From an uncultured Chloroflexia bacterium (lineage in GTDB: Bacteria > Chloroflexota > Limnocylindria > QHBO01): DNA of 64,000 bases. A program made the position numbers and the translations under genes. The stretch spans positions 96,001-160,000 of the forward strand of contig CAWFCQ010000007.1 of the NCBI GenBank assembly GCA_963814375.1, read 5' to 3'. Shown in pieces: positions 36,114 through 45,095 of the stretch (within the stretch, counting starts at the first letter, position 1; each line of letters starts with the position of its first letter). The notes below the pieces were generated by a model. It searched no databases and had not been told where the DNA came from. It saw only the letters and a list, made by a program, of their open reading frames with translations.

Positions 36114-37448
36114 ATGGCGATCGAGACCGAGCGAGGGGCGATGACGGGCGACGAGATCGTCGCGCTCACCAAGCGCCACACCCTGTTCGAGTGGTCGGCG
36201 CAGTCCAAGGTCGATCCCATCCCGGTGGCCGGCGCGAAGGGGGTCTACTTCTGGACGCCCGAGGGCAAGCGGTTCCTCGACTTCAACTCGCAGCTGATGT
36301 GCACGAACATCGGCCACGGGCATCCGAAGGTGATCGCCGCCATCCAGGCGCAGGCCGAGCAGCTGGCCTACGCGAACCCGTTCATGGCCACCGAGCCGCG
36401 GGCGCGCCTTGGACAGAAGCTGGCCGAGATCACGCCCGGCGACATCGACACCTTCTTCTTCACCAACGGCGGCGCAGAGGCGAACGAGAACGCGATCAAG
36501 CTGGCCCGATTCGTCACCGGCCGCCACAAGATCCTGACGCGCTACCGCTCGTACCACGGCGGCACGGCCGGCGCCATCAGCCTGACCGGCGACCCGCGCC
36601 GCTGGGCTGCCGAGCCGGGCATCCCCGGCGTGGTGCGCGTGCTCGACCCGTATCACGGCATCCAGCGCGGCTGGGACACCGCCGACGAGGCCCTCGCGAA
36701 CCTGGAGGAGACGATCCAGCTCGAGGGGCCGAACACGATCGCCGCCTTCATCCTCGAGACTGTCACCGGCACGAACGGCATCCTCGTTCCGCCGGACGGC
36801 TACATCGCCGGCGTGCGCGAGATCTGCGATCGCTACGGGATCATGATGATCGCCGACGAGGTGATGGCCGGCTTCGGGCGCACCGGCAAATGGTTCGCGG
36901 TCGATCACTGGGACGTGGTTCCCGACCTGATCACCATGGCCAAGGGCCTCACCAGCGCCTATGTCCAGCTCGGCGCCCTCGGCATGCGACGCAAGTACGC
37001 CGAGCACTTCACCGACAAGGTCTTCTACGGCGGCCTGACCTACAACTCGCACCCGCTGGCGTGTGCGACGGCCCTTGCCACGATCGCCGTCTACGAGGAG
37101 GAGAACCTCATCGAGCGCGCGGCGCAGATGGGCGAGGTGCTGAAGCAGCACCTATCGACGCTGGCCGACCGGCACCCGAGCATCGGCGCGACGCGCAGCA
37201 TCGGCCTCTTCGGCATCGTCGAGCTGGTCCGCGATCGAACCACCATGGAGCCGATGGCGCCCTTCAACGGCACATCGGACGAGATGGCGGCACTGGGCAG
37301 GAGATTCCGCGAGGAGGGCCTCTACACCTTCGTGCGCTGGAACACGTTCTTCACCAACCCGCCGCTCATCATCACGGAAGAGGAGATGGCCGAGGGCTTC
37401 GCGATCATTGATCGCGCCCTCGAGGCGACCGATGCCGCCGTCGGCTGA
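36114..37448 (+). CDS. Class III (omega-amino acid) aminotransferase, probable beta-alanine aminotransferase
   Basis: FLDFNSQLMCTNIGH, FFTNGGAEANENA, SYHGGT, IADEVMAGFGRTG, PDLITMAKGL and GLTYNSHP. Confidence 0.88.
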   Translation: MAIETERGAMTGDEIVALTKRHTLFEWSAQSKVDPIPVAGAKGVYFWTPEGKRFLDFNSQLMCTNIGHGHPKVIAAIQAQAEQLAYANPFMATEPRARLGQKLAEITPGDIDTFFFTNGGAEANENAIKLARFVTGRHKILTRYRSYHGGTAGAISLTGDPRRWAAEPGIPGVVRVLDPYHGIQRGWDTADEALANLEETIQLEGPNTIAAFILETVTGTNGILVPPDGYIAGVREICDRYGIMMIADEVMAGFGRTGKWFAVDHWDVVPDLITMAKGLTSAYVQLGALGMRRKYAEHFTDKVFYGGLTYNSHPLACATALATIAVYEEENLIERAAQMGEVLKQHLSTLADRHPSIGATRSIGLFGIVELVRDRTTMEPMAPFNGTSDEMAALGRRFREEGLYTFVRWNTFFTNPPLIITEEEMAEGFAIIDRALEATDAAVG

Positions 37449-38304
37449 GCGCCACGGCTGGCCCCGGCGCACGGCCACCTTCGTGGCCTTCGTCGTTCTC
37501 GCCCTCCTCGTCTGGGAGGTTCTGAAGTTCATCGGCGGCGATCCGTGGCGCTACTTCGGCTGGGAATGGCATCCGCCGCTCGAGATCTGGTTCGCCACCG
37601 ACCTTCGGCTGCCGCACGTGTGGGAGATCGGCGGAGCGCTGGTGAACCCGGTCCAGCGCAGCGCGGACGAGAGCCTGGCCCAGTTTCTGGCAGGCGCTGC
37701 CTTCTACACCTGGCGTGAGGCCGCGATCGGCTTCATCGCCGGAACCGTCATCGGCATCTCACTGGCCGCCGTCTTCGTGCACTCTGGCGTGCTCGAGCGC
37801 GCGTTCGTTCCCTACGTGATTGTCAGCCAGACGATCCCGATCGTGGCGCTCGCGCCGATGATCGTCTTCGCGTTCGGCCAGGACGTGACGAGCGTGGTCA
37901 TCATCGCCACCTACCTGACCTTCTTCCCGGTCACGATCGCGATGATCCGCGGCCTGCGGTCGCCGGATCCGCGCGCCCTCGAGCTCATGCGCAGCTACGC
38001 GGCGTCGAAGTGGAGCATCTTCTGGAAGCTGCGCATGCCCGCCTCGCTGCCGTATCTCTTCACCGCTCTGAAGATCGCGGCGACCGCCAGCATCGTCGGT
38101 GCGATCGTCGGTGAAGGGCCCGGTGGCATCCCCGATGGGCTGGGCCGCGCGATCATCAACTTCAACAACCAGTACGTGTCGGGCCCGGAGAAGCTGTGGG
38201 CCGCGATCGTCGCCACGGCCGTGCTCGGCATCGTCTTCTTCAGCCTCGTTCGACTGACGGAGGCGGCCGTTCTCCGCGGCCGCCCGACGGTGGGCGATGG
38301 ATAA
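37432..38304 (+). CDS. ABC importer permease (NitT/TauT type)
   Basis: SQTIPIVALAP and EAA-like ELMRSYAASKWSIFWKLRMPASLPYLF. Confidence 0.88.
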   Translation: MPPSAERHGWPRRTATFVAFVVLALLVWEVLKFIGGDPWRYFGWEWHPPLEIWFATDLRLPHVWEIGGALVNPVQRSADESLAQFLAGAAFYTWREAAIGFIAGTVIGISLAAVFVHSGVLERAFVPYVIVSQTIPIVALAPMIVFAFGQDVTSVVIIATYLTFFPVTIAMIRGLRSPDPRALELMRSYAASKWSIFWKLRMPASLPYLFTALKIAATASIVGAIVGEGPGGIPDGLGRAIINFNNQYVSGPEKLWAAIVATAVLGIVFFSLVRLTEAAVLRGRPTVGDG

Positions 38305-39148
38305 CAGCACGGCAAAGCTCGACCCCGGGGCAAGCGTCGTCCGAGTCGACGGCGCGGGCAAGACCTTCGCATCGCACGGTGAGAAGGGCCGGACGACCGC
38401 GCTGGAAGGCATCGACCTGGACATCCGCCGCGGCGAGTTCGTCAGCCTGATCGGTCCGTCCGGATGCGGGAAAAGCACCCTGCTGCGCCTTATCGGCGAC
38501 CTGACGGCTCCCACCGCTGGGATCGTGAGCGTCAACGGCAAGGGCGCCCACGAGGCGCGATTGGGTCGCGAGTACGGCATCGTCTTTCAAGCTCCGGTCC
38601 TGTTCGAATGGCGGACCGTCGAGGACAACGTGAAGCTGCCGCTCGAGCTGATCGGCATGGAACGCCGTGGGCGCCAAGCGCGGGCGCGCGAGCTGCTGGA
38701 GCTGGTGGAGCTCGGCGACTTCATGCGGCACTACCCCTACCAGCTCTCGGGCGGGATGCAGCAACGTGTCGCCATCGCCCGCGCGCTTGCCCTGGAGCCG
38801 GCGCTTCTGCTGATGGACGAGCCGTTCGGCGCGCTCGACGAGATGACGCGTGAGCGGATGAACAGCGAGGTGCTGCGGATCTGGCGGCAGACCGGGACCA
38901 CGATCGTCTTCGTGACCCACTCGATCCCGGAGGCGGTCTTCCTGTCGACGCGGGTGGCGGTCATGAGCGCTCGCCCCGGACGCATCACGCACCTGGTCGA
39001 GGTCGATCTGCCGCAGCCCCGCAACGAGCTTACCCGCGAGGAACCGCGCTACTTCGAGCTCGTGACCGAGGTGCGCGAAGCCCTGCGCGGCAGAGGGCCC
39101 TCCGGCGCATCGGTCGAGCGGATGGCGGCCGAGGGCGGGATCGGCTGA
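38297..39148 (+). CDS. ABC importer ATP-binding subunit (NitT/TauT type)
   Basis: GPSGCGKST, LSGGMQQRV, LLMDEPFGALD and VTHSIPEAVFLS. Confidence 0.92.
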   Translation: MDNSTAKLDPGASVVRVDGAGKTFASHGEKGRTTALEGIDLDIRRGEFVSLIGPSGCGKSTLLRLIGDLTAPTAGIVSVNGKGAHEARLGREYGIVFQAPVLFEWRTVEDNVKLPLELIGMERRGRQARARELLELVELGDFMRHYPYQLSGGMQQRVAIARALALEPALLLMDEPFGALDEMTRERMNSEVLRIWRQTGTTIVFVTHSIPEAVFLSTRVAVMSARPGRITHLVEVDLPQPRNELTREEPRYFELVTEVREALRGRGPSGASVERMAAEGGIG

Positions 39149-39161
39149 TGGCGGCAGCCGG

Positions 39162-40001
39162 ATGATCGCCTCCCCGGACGCGGGGCCGGCACCCGGCCTC
39201 CCCCGCCGGCTCGGCGCGCGCCTCGGCTACTACCTGCCGGCCGTGCTCGTGCTCGTCGGTGGGCTCCTCGTGTGGGAGGTACTGACCCGGGTGCTCAGCG
39301 TCCGCGCATTCATCCTTCCGCCGCCGAGCGCCATCGGGTCGGCACTCGGGGAGAACTGGAGCGGTGGCACATGGTCACTCGCGCCCTCGGTCATCGCCAC
39401 GCTGACCGAAGCGATCGGTGGCCTGATCATCGGCACGGTCACCGGGGTCGCCGTCGGCTTTGCCGTGGCGCGTTGGGCCACAGCGCGGGAGTCGGTCCTG
39501 CCCATTGCCATCGCGGCCAACGCGATCCCGATCATCGCCATCGCGCCGATCTTCAACAACTGGTTCGGGGTCCTCAACCCGCTCTCGAAGATGATGATGG
39601 CGGCGCTCCTCGTCTTCTTCCCCGTGATGATCAACGTGACCCGCGGCCTCTCGCAGGTTGAGCCGGCGGCACTCGAGCTGATGCGGGCGTATGCCGCATC
39701 CGAGTGGACGGTGCTGGCGAAGGTCCGCGTCCCGAACGCCCTCCCGTACTTCCTGACTGCCCTCAAGGTCGCCACCACCCTCAGCTTGATCGGCGCCGTG
39801 GTGGGCGAGTACTTCGGCGGCACCACCCAGGTCATCGGGCGGGTGGTGGTGCAGAGCGCGAGCGCGCTGCGCTTCGACGTCACCTGGGCCGCGATCCTGC
39901 TCATGGCGATCGCCGGGGTCATCATGTACGTGGCGGTGCTCGTCATCGAGCGGCTGCTGATTCCATGGCATCCGTCACTTCGGGCGCACGATCACTCCTG
40001 A
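39162..40001 (+). CDS. ABC importer permease (NitT/TauT type)
   Basis: ILPPPSAI, IPIIAIAP and KVRVPNALPYF. Confidence 0.88.
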   Translation: MIASPDAGPAPGLPRRLGARLGYYLPAVLVLVGGLLVWEVLTRVLSVRAFILPPPSAIGSALGENWSGGTWSLAPSVIATLTEAIGGLIIGTVTGVAVGFAVARWATARESVLPIAIAANAIPIIAIAPIFNNWFGVLNPLSKMMMAALLVFFPVMINVTRGLSQVEPAALELMRAYAASEWTVLAKVRVPNALPYFLTALKVATTLSLIGAVVGEYFGGTTQVIGRVVVQSASALRFDVTWAAILLMAIAGVIMYVAVLVIERLLIPWHPSLRAHDHS

Positions 40002-40122
40002 CCGCACGCGGGTGGGCTCGATTCGCCAGCCGCCGTCGCACCGGCTCCGTAGAATGCGCGGATCAGATGAGCGGGTGTGGCGCAGCCGCCCCGCGCCCCT
40101 TTCCGGAAGCGAGGTCCGAGGG

Positions 40123-41265
40123 ATGAAGGTAACGCGCGCGTGGCCGGTGCTGGCCGCGGTCCTCACGCTGGTCCTGTCAGCGTGCCAGGCGGGAGATGGG
40201 GGCGAGAGCAGCGATGGGGGTGATGCCGAGCTGGACACCGTTCGCCTCCAGCTCCAGTGGGTGCCGCAGGCTCAGTTCGGCGGCTATTTCGCGGCGCAGG
40301 AGCTCGGCTACTACGAGGATGAGGGCCTCGACGTCGAACTCGTCGACGGCGGGCCTGAGGTGATCCCGCAGCAGGTGGGTTCGGCGGCAGACGGCCCGGA
40401 GTTCACGATCAGCTGGGTGCCCAAGGTGCTCCAGGCGCGCCTGGAGGAGTCCGACCTCGTCAACATCGCCCAGATCTTCCAGCGGGCCGGCACGCTCTCC
40501 GTCGCGTGGGCCGACTCGGGCATCGCGTCACCGGAGGACTTTGCCGACAAGAAGGTCGGCGTCTGGGACTTCGGCAACGAGCTGGAAGTCGTGGCCTCCG
40601 CCCGATTGGCAGGACTCGAGCCGGGCGAGGACTTCGAGGTCGTCATCCAGCCCTTCGACATGACGCTCCTCCTCAATGCCGTCGAGGGCTGCGAGGCGAG
40701 CGCCAGCGACTGCGTCGATGTTGCGGAGGCGATGATCTACAACGAGTACGCTCAGCTGCTCGAGACCGAGAATCCCGACACCGGCGAGCTCTACCAGCCC
40801 GATGACTTGAACGTCATCGACTACAACGAGGTCGGCACGGCGATGCTCCAGGACGCGCTCTTCGCGCGCGCCGACTGGCTTGCCCAGGAGGGCAACGAGG
40901 ACATCGCCGTCCGCTTCCTGCGGGCGTCGTTCCGCGGCTGGATCCACTGCCGTGACAACCCCGACGACTGCGTCCAGTACGTGACCGACGCCGGATCGAC
41001 GCTCGGCGCTGGGCACCAGGCTTGGATGATGAATGAGATCAACGCCCTCATCTGGCCTTCACCCAACAGCATCGGCGTCATGGACCCCGAGCTGTGGGCC
41101 CAGACCGTCGAGACCGCCATCGAGGCCGAGATCATCCCGGAGGCGCCGCCAGACGATGCCTACCGTACGGATCTGGCCGAGCAGGCGCTGGAGGGAATCG
41201 AGGAGGACACGACCGGGGAGGACTTCCAGAAGGAAGCCGTGGAGGTCACACCGGGCGGCGAATAA
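40123..41265 (+). CDS. ABC importer substrate-binding lipoprotein (NMT1/THI5-like)
   Basis: Lipobox LSAC, LQLQWVPQAQFGGYF, AMIYNE and HQAWMMNE. This SBP type binds pyrimidine-like ligands. TAGAAT promoter element at 40050. Confidence 0.85.
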   Translation: MKVTRAWPVLAAVLTLVLSACQAGDGGESSDGGDAELDTVRLQLQWVPQAQFGGYFAAQELGYYEDEGLDVELVDGGPEVIPQQVGSAADGPEFTISWVPKVLQARLEESDLVNIAQIFQRAGTLSVAWADSGIASPEDFADKKVGVWDFGNELEVVASARLAGLEPGEDFEVVIQPFDMTLLLNAVEGCEASASDCVDVAEAMIYNEYAQLLETENPDTGELYQPDDLNVIDYNEVGTAMLQDALFARADWLAQEGNEDIAVRFLRASFRGWIHCRDNPDDCVQYVTDAGSTLGAGHQAWMMNEINALIWPSPNSIGVMDPELWAQTVETAIEAEIIPEAPPDDAYRTDLAEQALEGIEEDTTGEDFQKEAVEVTPGGE

Positions 41266-41288
41266 GCCGATCGGTCTCTCCCGCAATC

Positions 41289-41320
41289 TCGCCCCTTCCC
41301 GGCCCGCCGGGGAGGGGCGA
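41289..41320. terminator. GC-rich hairpin between convergent genes (probable terminator)
   Basis: TCGCCCCTTCCCGG...CCGGGGAGGGGCGA stem. No U-tract. Confidence 0.5.
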
Positions 41321-41325
41321 TCGCG

Positions 41326-42594
41326 TCACACCAGGAACCGCAGCCACAGGTACACCGTGCTGATGAGCACGGTGGCGACCGTCACCGGCAGCCCGTAGCG
41401 AAGGAACGCCCCGAACGTGATCGGGTGCCCCTCGCGCTCGGCCATCGAGGCGAGGATCACATTGGCGCTCGCGCCGATGATCGTCATGTTGCCTCCGAGG
41501 TCCGCGCCGATGGCGAGTGCCCACCACAGGACGTCGGACTCATGACCCTCGGACAGCTGCTCAACGACCGGGAGCATCGTGGCCGTATATGGGATGTTGT
41601 CGATGATGCCGGACAGGATTGTCGAGACCCACAGGAGGAGGAACGCCGTCGCGCCCAGCGCTCCGCCGGTCACAGCGAGGATCGCGTCGGCAACCGCGTC
41701 GATGAGCCCGATCTCGATGACCCCGGCCACGAGCATGAAAAGGCCGATGAAGAAGAAGAGCGTCGGCCACTCGACCTCGCGCAGGACATCGTGCGGGTCC
41801 TCACGGGCGACGAGCATGAGGACGACGGCGCCGGTGAGAGCTATGGTCGCCGGCTCGAAGCCGACGATCCCGTGGACGAGGAAGCCCACGAGGGTCGCGC
41901 CCATGACGATGAGGGAAGAGCGCAGGAGCCGTGGGTCGGTGATCATCTCGCGCTCGTCGAGGGCGAGCAGCGTGTCACGTAGGTCTGGATCGGTGTCCAG
42001 CTGGCCGCGGAAAAGCCAGCGCGCCGCGATGAGGTAGAGCGTCAGCAGCAGGGCCGACAGCGGCGCCATGACGAGCAGGAAGTCGACGAAGTCGAGGCCT
42101 GCCGCGCTGCCGATCAGGATGTTGGGCGGATCGCCGATAAGCGTGGCGGCACCACCGATGTTGCTGGCCAAGATCTCGCTCACGAGGAGAGGAAACGGGC
42201 TCATCCCGAGTCGCGCTGCCAGGAAGAGCGTGATCGGTCCGACCAGGACGACGGTGGTGACGTTGTCCAGGAACGCGCTGGCGATGGCGGTGATGACGCT
42301 CAACACAACCAGGACCCGGTAGCCGTCTCCCCCCGCGAAGCGCGCAGCCCGCACTGCCAGCCAGCCGAAGACGCCAGTCTTCCGGATGATGCTGGCCAGG
42401 ATCATCATCCCGGCCAGGAGGAAGATGACGTTGAAGTCGATCGCCTCGAAGGCTTCCTCCTGAGTGATGATCCCGAGAAGCACCATCGTCACGCCGCCCG
42501 CCAGGGCCGCGATGGTCTTGTGGACGCGTTCGGTCGCAATGAGCCCGTAGGTGGCAATGAAGACCGCGAGGCCGGCGACGACCTCGAACGTCAT
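41326..42594 (-). CDS. ArsB/NhaD (IT superfamily) ion transporter
   Basis: About 12 TM; SAFLDNVTTV, SNIGGAATLIGDPPN, DNIPY and GGNMTIIGASAN. Confidence 0.9.
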   Translation of the reverse strand: MTFEVVAGLAVFIATYGLIATERVHKTIAALAGGVTMVLLGIITQEEAFEAIDFNVIFLLAGMMILASIIRKTGVFGWLAVRAARFAGGDGYRVLVVLSVITAIASAFLDNVTTVVLVGPITLFLAARLGMSPFPLLVSEILASNIGGAATLIGDPPNILIGSAAGLDFVDFLLVMAPLSALLLTLYLIAARWLFRGQLDTDPDLRDTLLALDEREMITDPRLLRSSLIVMGATLVGFLVHGIVGFEPATIALTGAVVLMLVAREDPHDVLREVEWPTLFFFIGLFMLVAGVIEIGLIDAVADAILAVTGGALGATAFLLLWVSTILSGIIDNIPYTATMLPVVEQLSEGHESDVLWWALAIGADLGGNMTIIGASANVILASMAEREGHPITFGAFLRYGLPVTVATVLISTVYLWLRFLV

Positions 42595-43118
42595 TGGTCG
42601 TGCTCGTGCTTCGGCTCCAGGAGACCCTCGCTACCAGTGGCACGCACCCAGACAAGCAACAGCTCCAGCTGGTCGACATAGCCCACGACGCGCCCTTCGT
42701 CGTCGGTGATCGGCACCCCGTTGAGCTTTGCGGCGTGCATCCGCTCGAAGGCATCGCGGACGGTCTCGTCGCGCCGCACCGAGACCGGCGGCAGCATGAC
42801 GTCGCCGGCAGTTCGGGCCCGGAGGTGCTGCGCGTACTTGAGTGCGCCCTCGAGATCGAGGATCTCGCCCAGGAACTCCTCCGGCACGATCTTGAGAAAG
42901 ATGTCGTTTACGAGGACGCGGATAGGGATGACTCCCATGAGTCTCATGTCGTCATCGGTAACCGCGATCACCCGGCAGCCGGTGTTGTCGACCGCCGCTT
43001 CGGCAACAGCTCGGAGGCTCACATCGGCGTGGACGACGACCGGTTCCATCCGCAGGATCGTGTCGGCCTCGGCGATCGGCGTGGTCTGGGTGATCGATTC
43101 TGGGGTCCGCTGAGCCAT
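42591..43118 (-). CDS. Tandem CBS-domain protein
   Basis: Two CBS repeats (VIAVTDDDMRLMGVI; VPITDDEGRVVGYV). ATGA overlap with the transporter. Confidence 0.88.
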   Translation of the reverse strand: MAQRTPESITQTTPIAEADTILRMEPVVVHADVSLRAVAEAAVDNTGCRVIAVTDDDMRLMGVIPIRVLVNDIFLKIVPEEFLGEILDLEGALKYAQHLRARTAGDVMLPPVSVRRDETVRDAFERMHAAKLNGVPITDDEGRVVGYVDQLELLLVWVRATGSEGLLEPKHEHDQ

Positions 43119-43119
43119 T

Positions 43120-43220
43120 GGCGACTCCGTAGCACATGAGGCTGCGCACGTGCGCAGCCTCCACCGTGGCGCCAGTGCTACGGGCTCGGCGCCTGAGCCC
43201 TCCCGGTCGAGACAGGACCC
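43120..43220 (-). ncRNA. Candidate cis-regulatory structured 5' leader (riboswitch-like) of the CBS-NhaD operon
   Basis: -10 TAGACT at 43230-43225. Hairpin GGGCUC/GAGCCC with a GGCGCC loop that can pair with a downstream GGCGCC (pseudoknot). An alternative 9-bp helix CCGUAGCAC/GUGCUACGG covers part of the RBS. An internal 24-nt perfect palindrome lies between them. Confidence 0.5.
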
Positions 43221-43267
43221 GTTGAGTCTAGCCGGACGCCCGGGAGGCGGTCGGTATCATCTCGCCC

Positions 43268-44944
43268 ATGCCGCCCAGCCGACCGATGACCGGGCTCGAG
43301 CTGACGCTCATCGTCGCCCTGGCGGCGGCGCTGGTCCTCGGCGCCATCGCCCACCGGCTTGGCGTGCCACCGATGGTCGGTTACGTGGTCGCCGGGCTGG
43401 TGGTCGGGCCGGCGACGCCCGGCTTCGTGGCCACCCGCGAAGACGTGCTCGCGCTTGCGGACGTGGGCGTGGCACTGCTGATGTTCAGCATCGGCCTTCG
43501 ATTCAGCCTCGCCGAGCTGCGCTCGGTCGGCGTGCGGATCCTGGCCGGCACGCCCGTCCAGGTCGCGGCCACCATGGCTATCGGGACGGGAACCGGCCTC
43601 GCGCTCGGTTGGCCGTTGGCCGAGGCGCTCTTCATCGGCGGAGCGCTGGCCGTGTGCTCGACCGTCGTGCTGTTCAAGATCGGCGGCGAGGACGCGCTGC
43701 ACACCACCTCGTACGGGCTCACCGCGCTCGGCGTGTCGATCGTCCAGGACCTGCTGACGATCGTGCTGGTCGTGGCGCTGTCCGCCCTCGGCTCGCGCGA
43801 GGACGAAGGGCTGGTGCCGGTCATCGTGCGGGGCGCCGTGGCACTCGGCTTCGTGACGTTGCTGGTTGTGGCCGGCTCCCGGCTGCTGCCGCGGCTGCTG
43901 GGCATGATCGCCGGCCTGCGGTCGCGCGAGCTGTTCGTCATCGGTGTCGCCGTCATCGCCATCGGCACCGCCTTCGCCGCCAGCGCGCTCGGCGTCAGCG
44001 TCGCGCTGGGAGCCTTCGTCGCCGGGCTCGCGCTCGCCGACTCGGACCTGACCGACAGCGTGCTGGGCGAGATCGTCCCGCTGCGCGAGCTGTTCGCGAC
44101 CTTCTTCTTCGTCTCGATCGGGATCCTCCTCCAGCCAGCGGCGATCCTGGCGGCCATTCCCGTGGTCGTGGCGCTGCTTCTCATCGTCACGCTCGGCAAG
44201 GCCGTCCCGATCGCGGCGCTGGCGCGGTTCGACGGACAGCGACCGTCATCGGCGCTGCGCGCCGGCGCGCTCGTCGGCCAGAGCGGCGAGTTCAGCTTCG
44301 TGCTGGCCTCGACCGGCCTGGCGCTGGGTGCCGTCGGGCCGGACTCGTTCAGCCTGGCAATGGGGGCAGTGGTCATCTCGATCCTGACCGCCGAGCCGCT
44401 CCTCGCGGGGGCGAGCCGGCTGGGGGATTGGCTCGACACCCGGGCACGACTCCCCGACATGCCCGGCGAGGAGCCGGCGAACCTGCGCCGGCACGCGGTG
44501 ATCCTGGGCTACGGGCGAGTCGGACGCTCCGTGGCCCGCGTGCTGGGGTCGCGCGGCTTCGCATGGGTCGCCGTCGAGGGCGACTACCACGTCGCGCGCG
44601 AGGCGCGGTTGGCCGGGGCCTCGGTCGTGTTCGGCGAGGCAGGCACACCGTCGGTGCTGGACCGCGCCAGCGTCGCCGATGCCCACGCGCTGATCGTCGC
44701 CATCCCCGATGCGCTCGCGACGCGCCAGGCGATCACCTACGCGCGCGGCCGGAACCCTCGCCTGGACGTCGTGGCTCGCGCCCACTCGGAGGCGGAGGAG
44801 ACGGACCTGCGGCGGCTCGGCGCGATGCGTGTCGTGGTCGCCGAGCGAGAGCTCGGGAACGAGCTCATTCGCCACGCCCTGCGACGCTTCGGCGTCAGCG
44901 ACCGGGAGGTCGCCGCCATCCTCGAGTCCCGCCGCCGCGTTTGA
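43268..44944 (+). CDS. CPA2 cation:proton antiporter with TrkA-N domain (KefB/YbaL-like)
   Basis: PPMVGYVVAG, LLMFSIGL, IVQDL, FFFVSIG, GQSGEFSFV and ILGYGRVG. Confidence 0.9.
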   Translation: MPPSRPMTGLELTLIVALAAALVLGAIAHRLGVPPMVGYVVAGLVVGPATPGFVATREDVLALADVGVALLMFSIGLRFSLAELRSVGVRILAGTPVQVAATMAIGTGTGLALGWPLAEALFIGGALAVCSTVVLFKIGGEDALHTTSYGLTALGVSIVQDLLTIVLVVALSALGSREDEGLVPVIVRGAVALGFVTLLVVAGSRLLPRLLGMIAGLRSRELFVIGVAVIAIGTAFAASALGVSVALGAFVAGLALADSDLTDSVLGEIVPLRELFATFFFVSIGILLQPAAILAAIPVVVALLLIVTLGKAVPIAALARFDGQRPSSALRAGALVGQSGEFSFVLASTGLALGAVGPDSFSLAMGAVVISILTAEPLLAGASRLGDWLDTRARLPDMPGEEPANLRRHAVILGYGRVGRSVARVLGSRGFAWVAVEGDYHVAREARLAGASVVFGEAGTPSVLDRASVADAHALIVAIPDALATRQAITYARGRNPRLDVVARAHSEAEETDLRRLGAMRVVVAERELGNELIRHALRRFGVSDREVAAILESRRRV

Positions 44945-45095
44945 TGGGGCGCCCGCGCACCGTTGACGCAGTGTTGACCGGGCCGCGGCGAGACGCTTCA
45001 CGCGGCTCGGCGTAGAATCGGCGGCGCGCAGTCAGCCGGACTCCCGAGCGCCGGCGTCCTTCAGCGCATCACCGAAGGATCCGAGGGAGATCACT

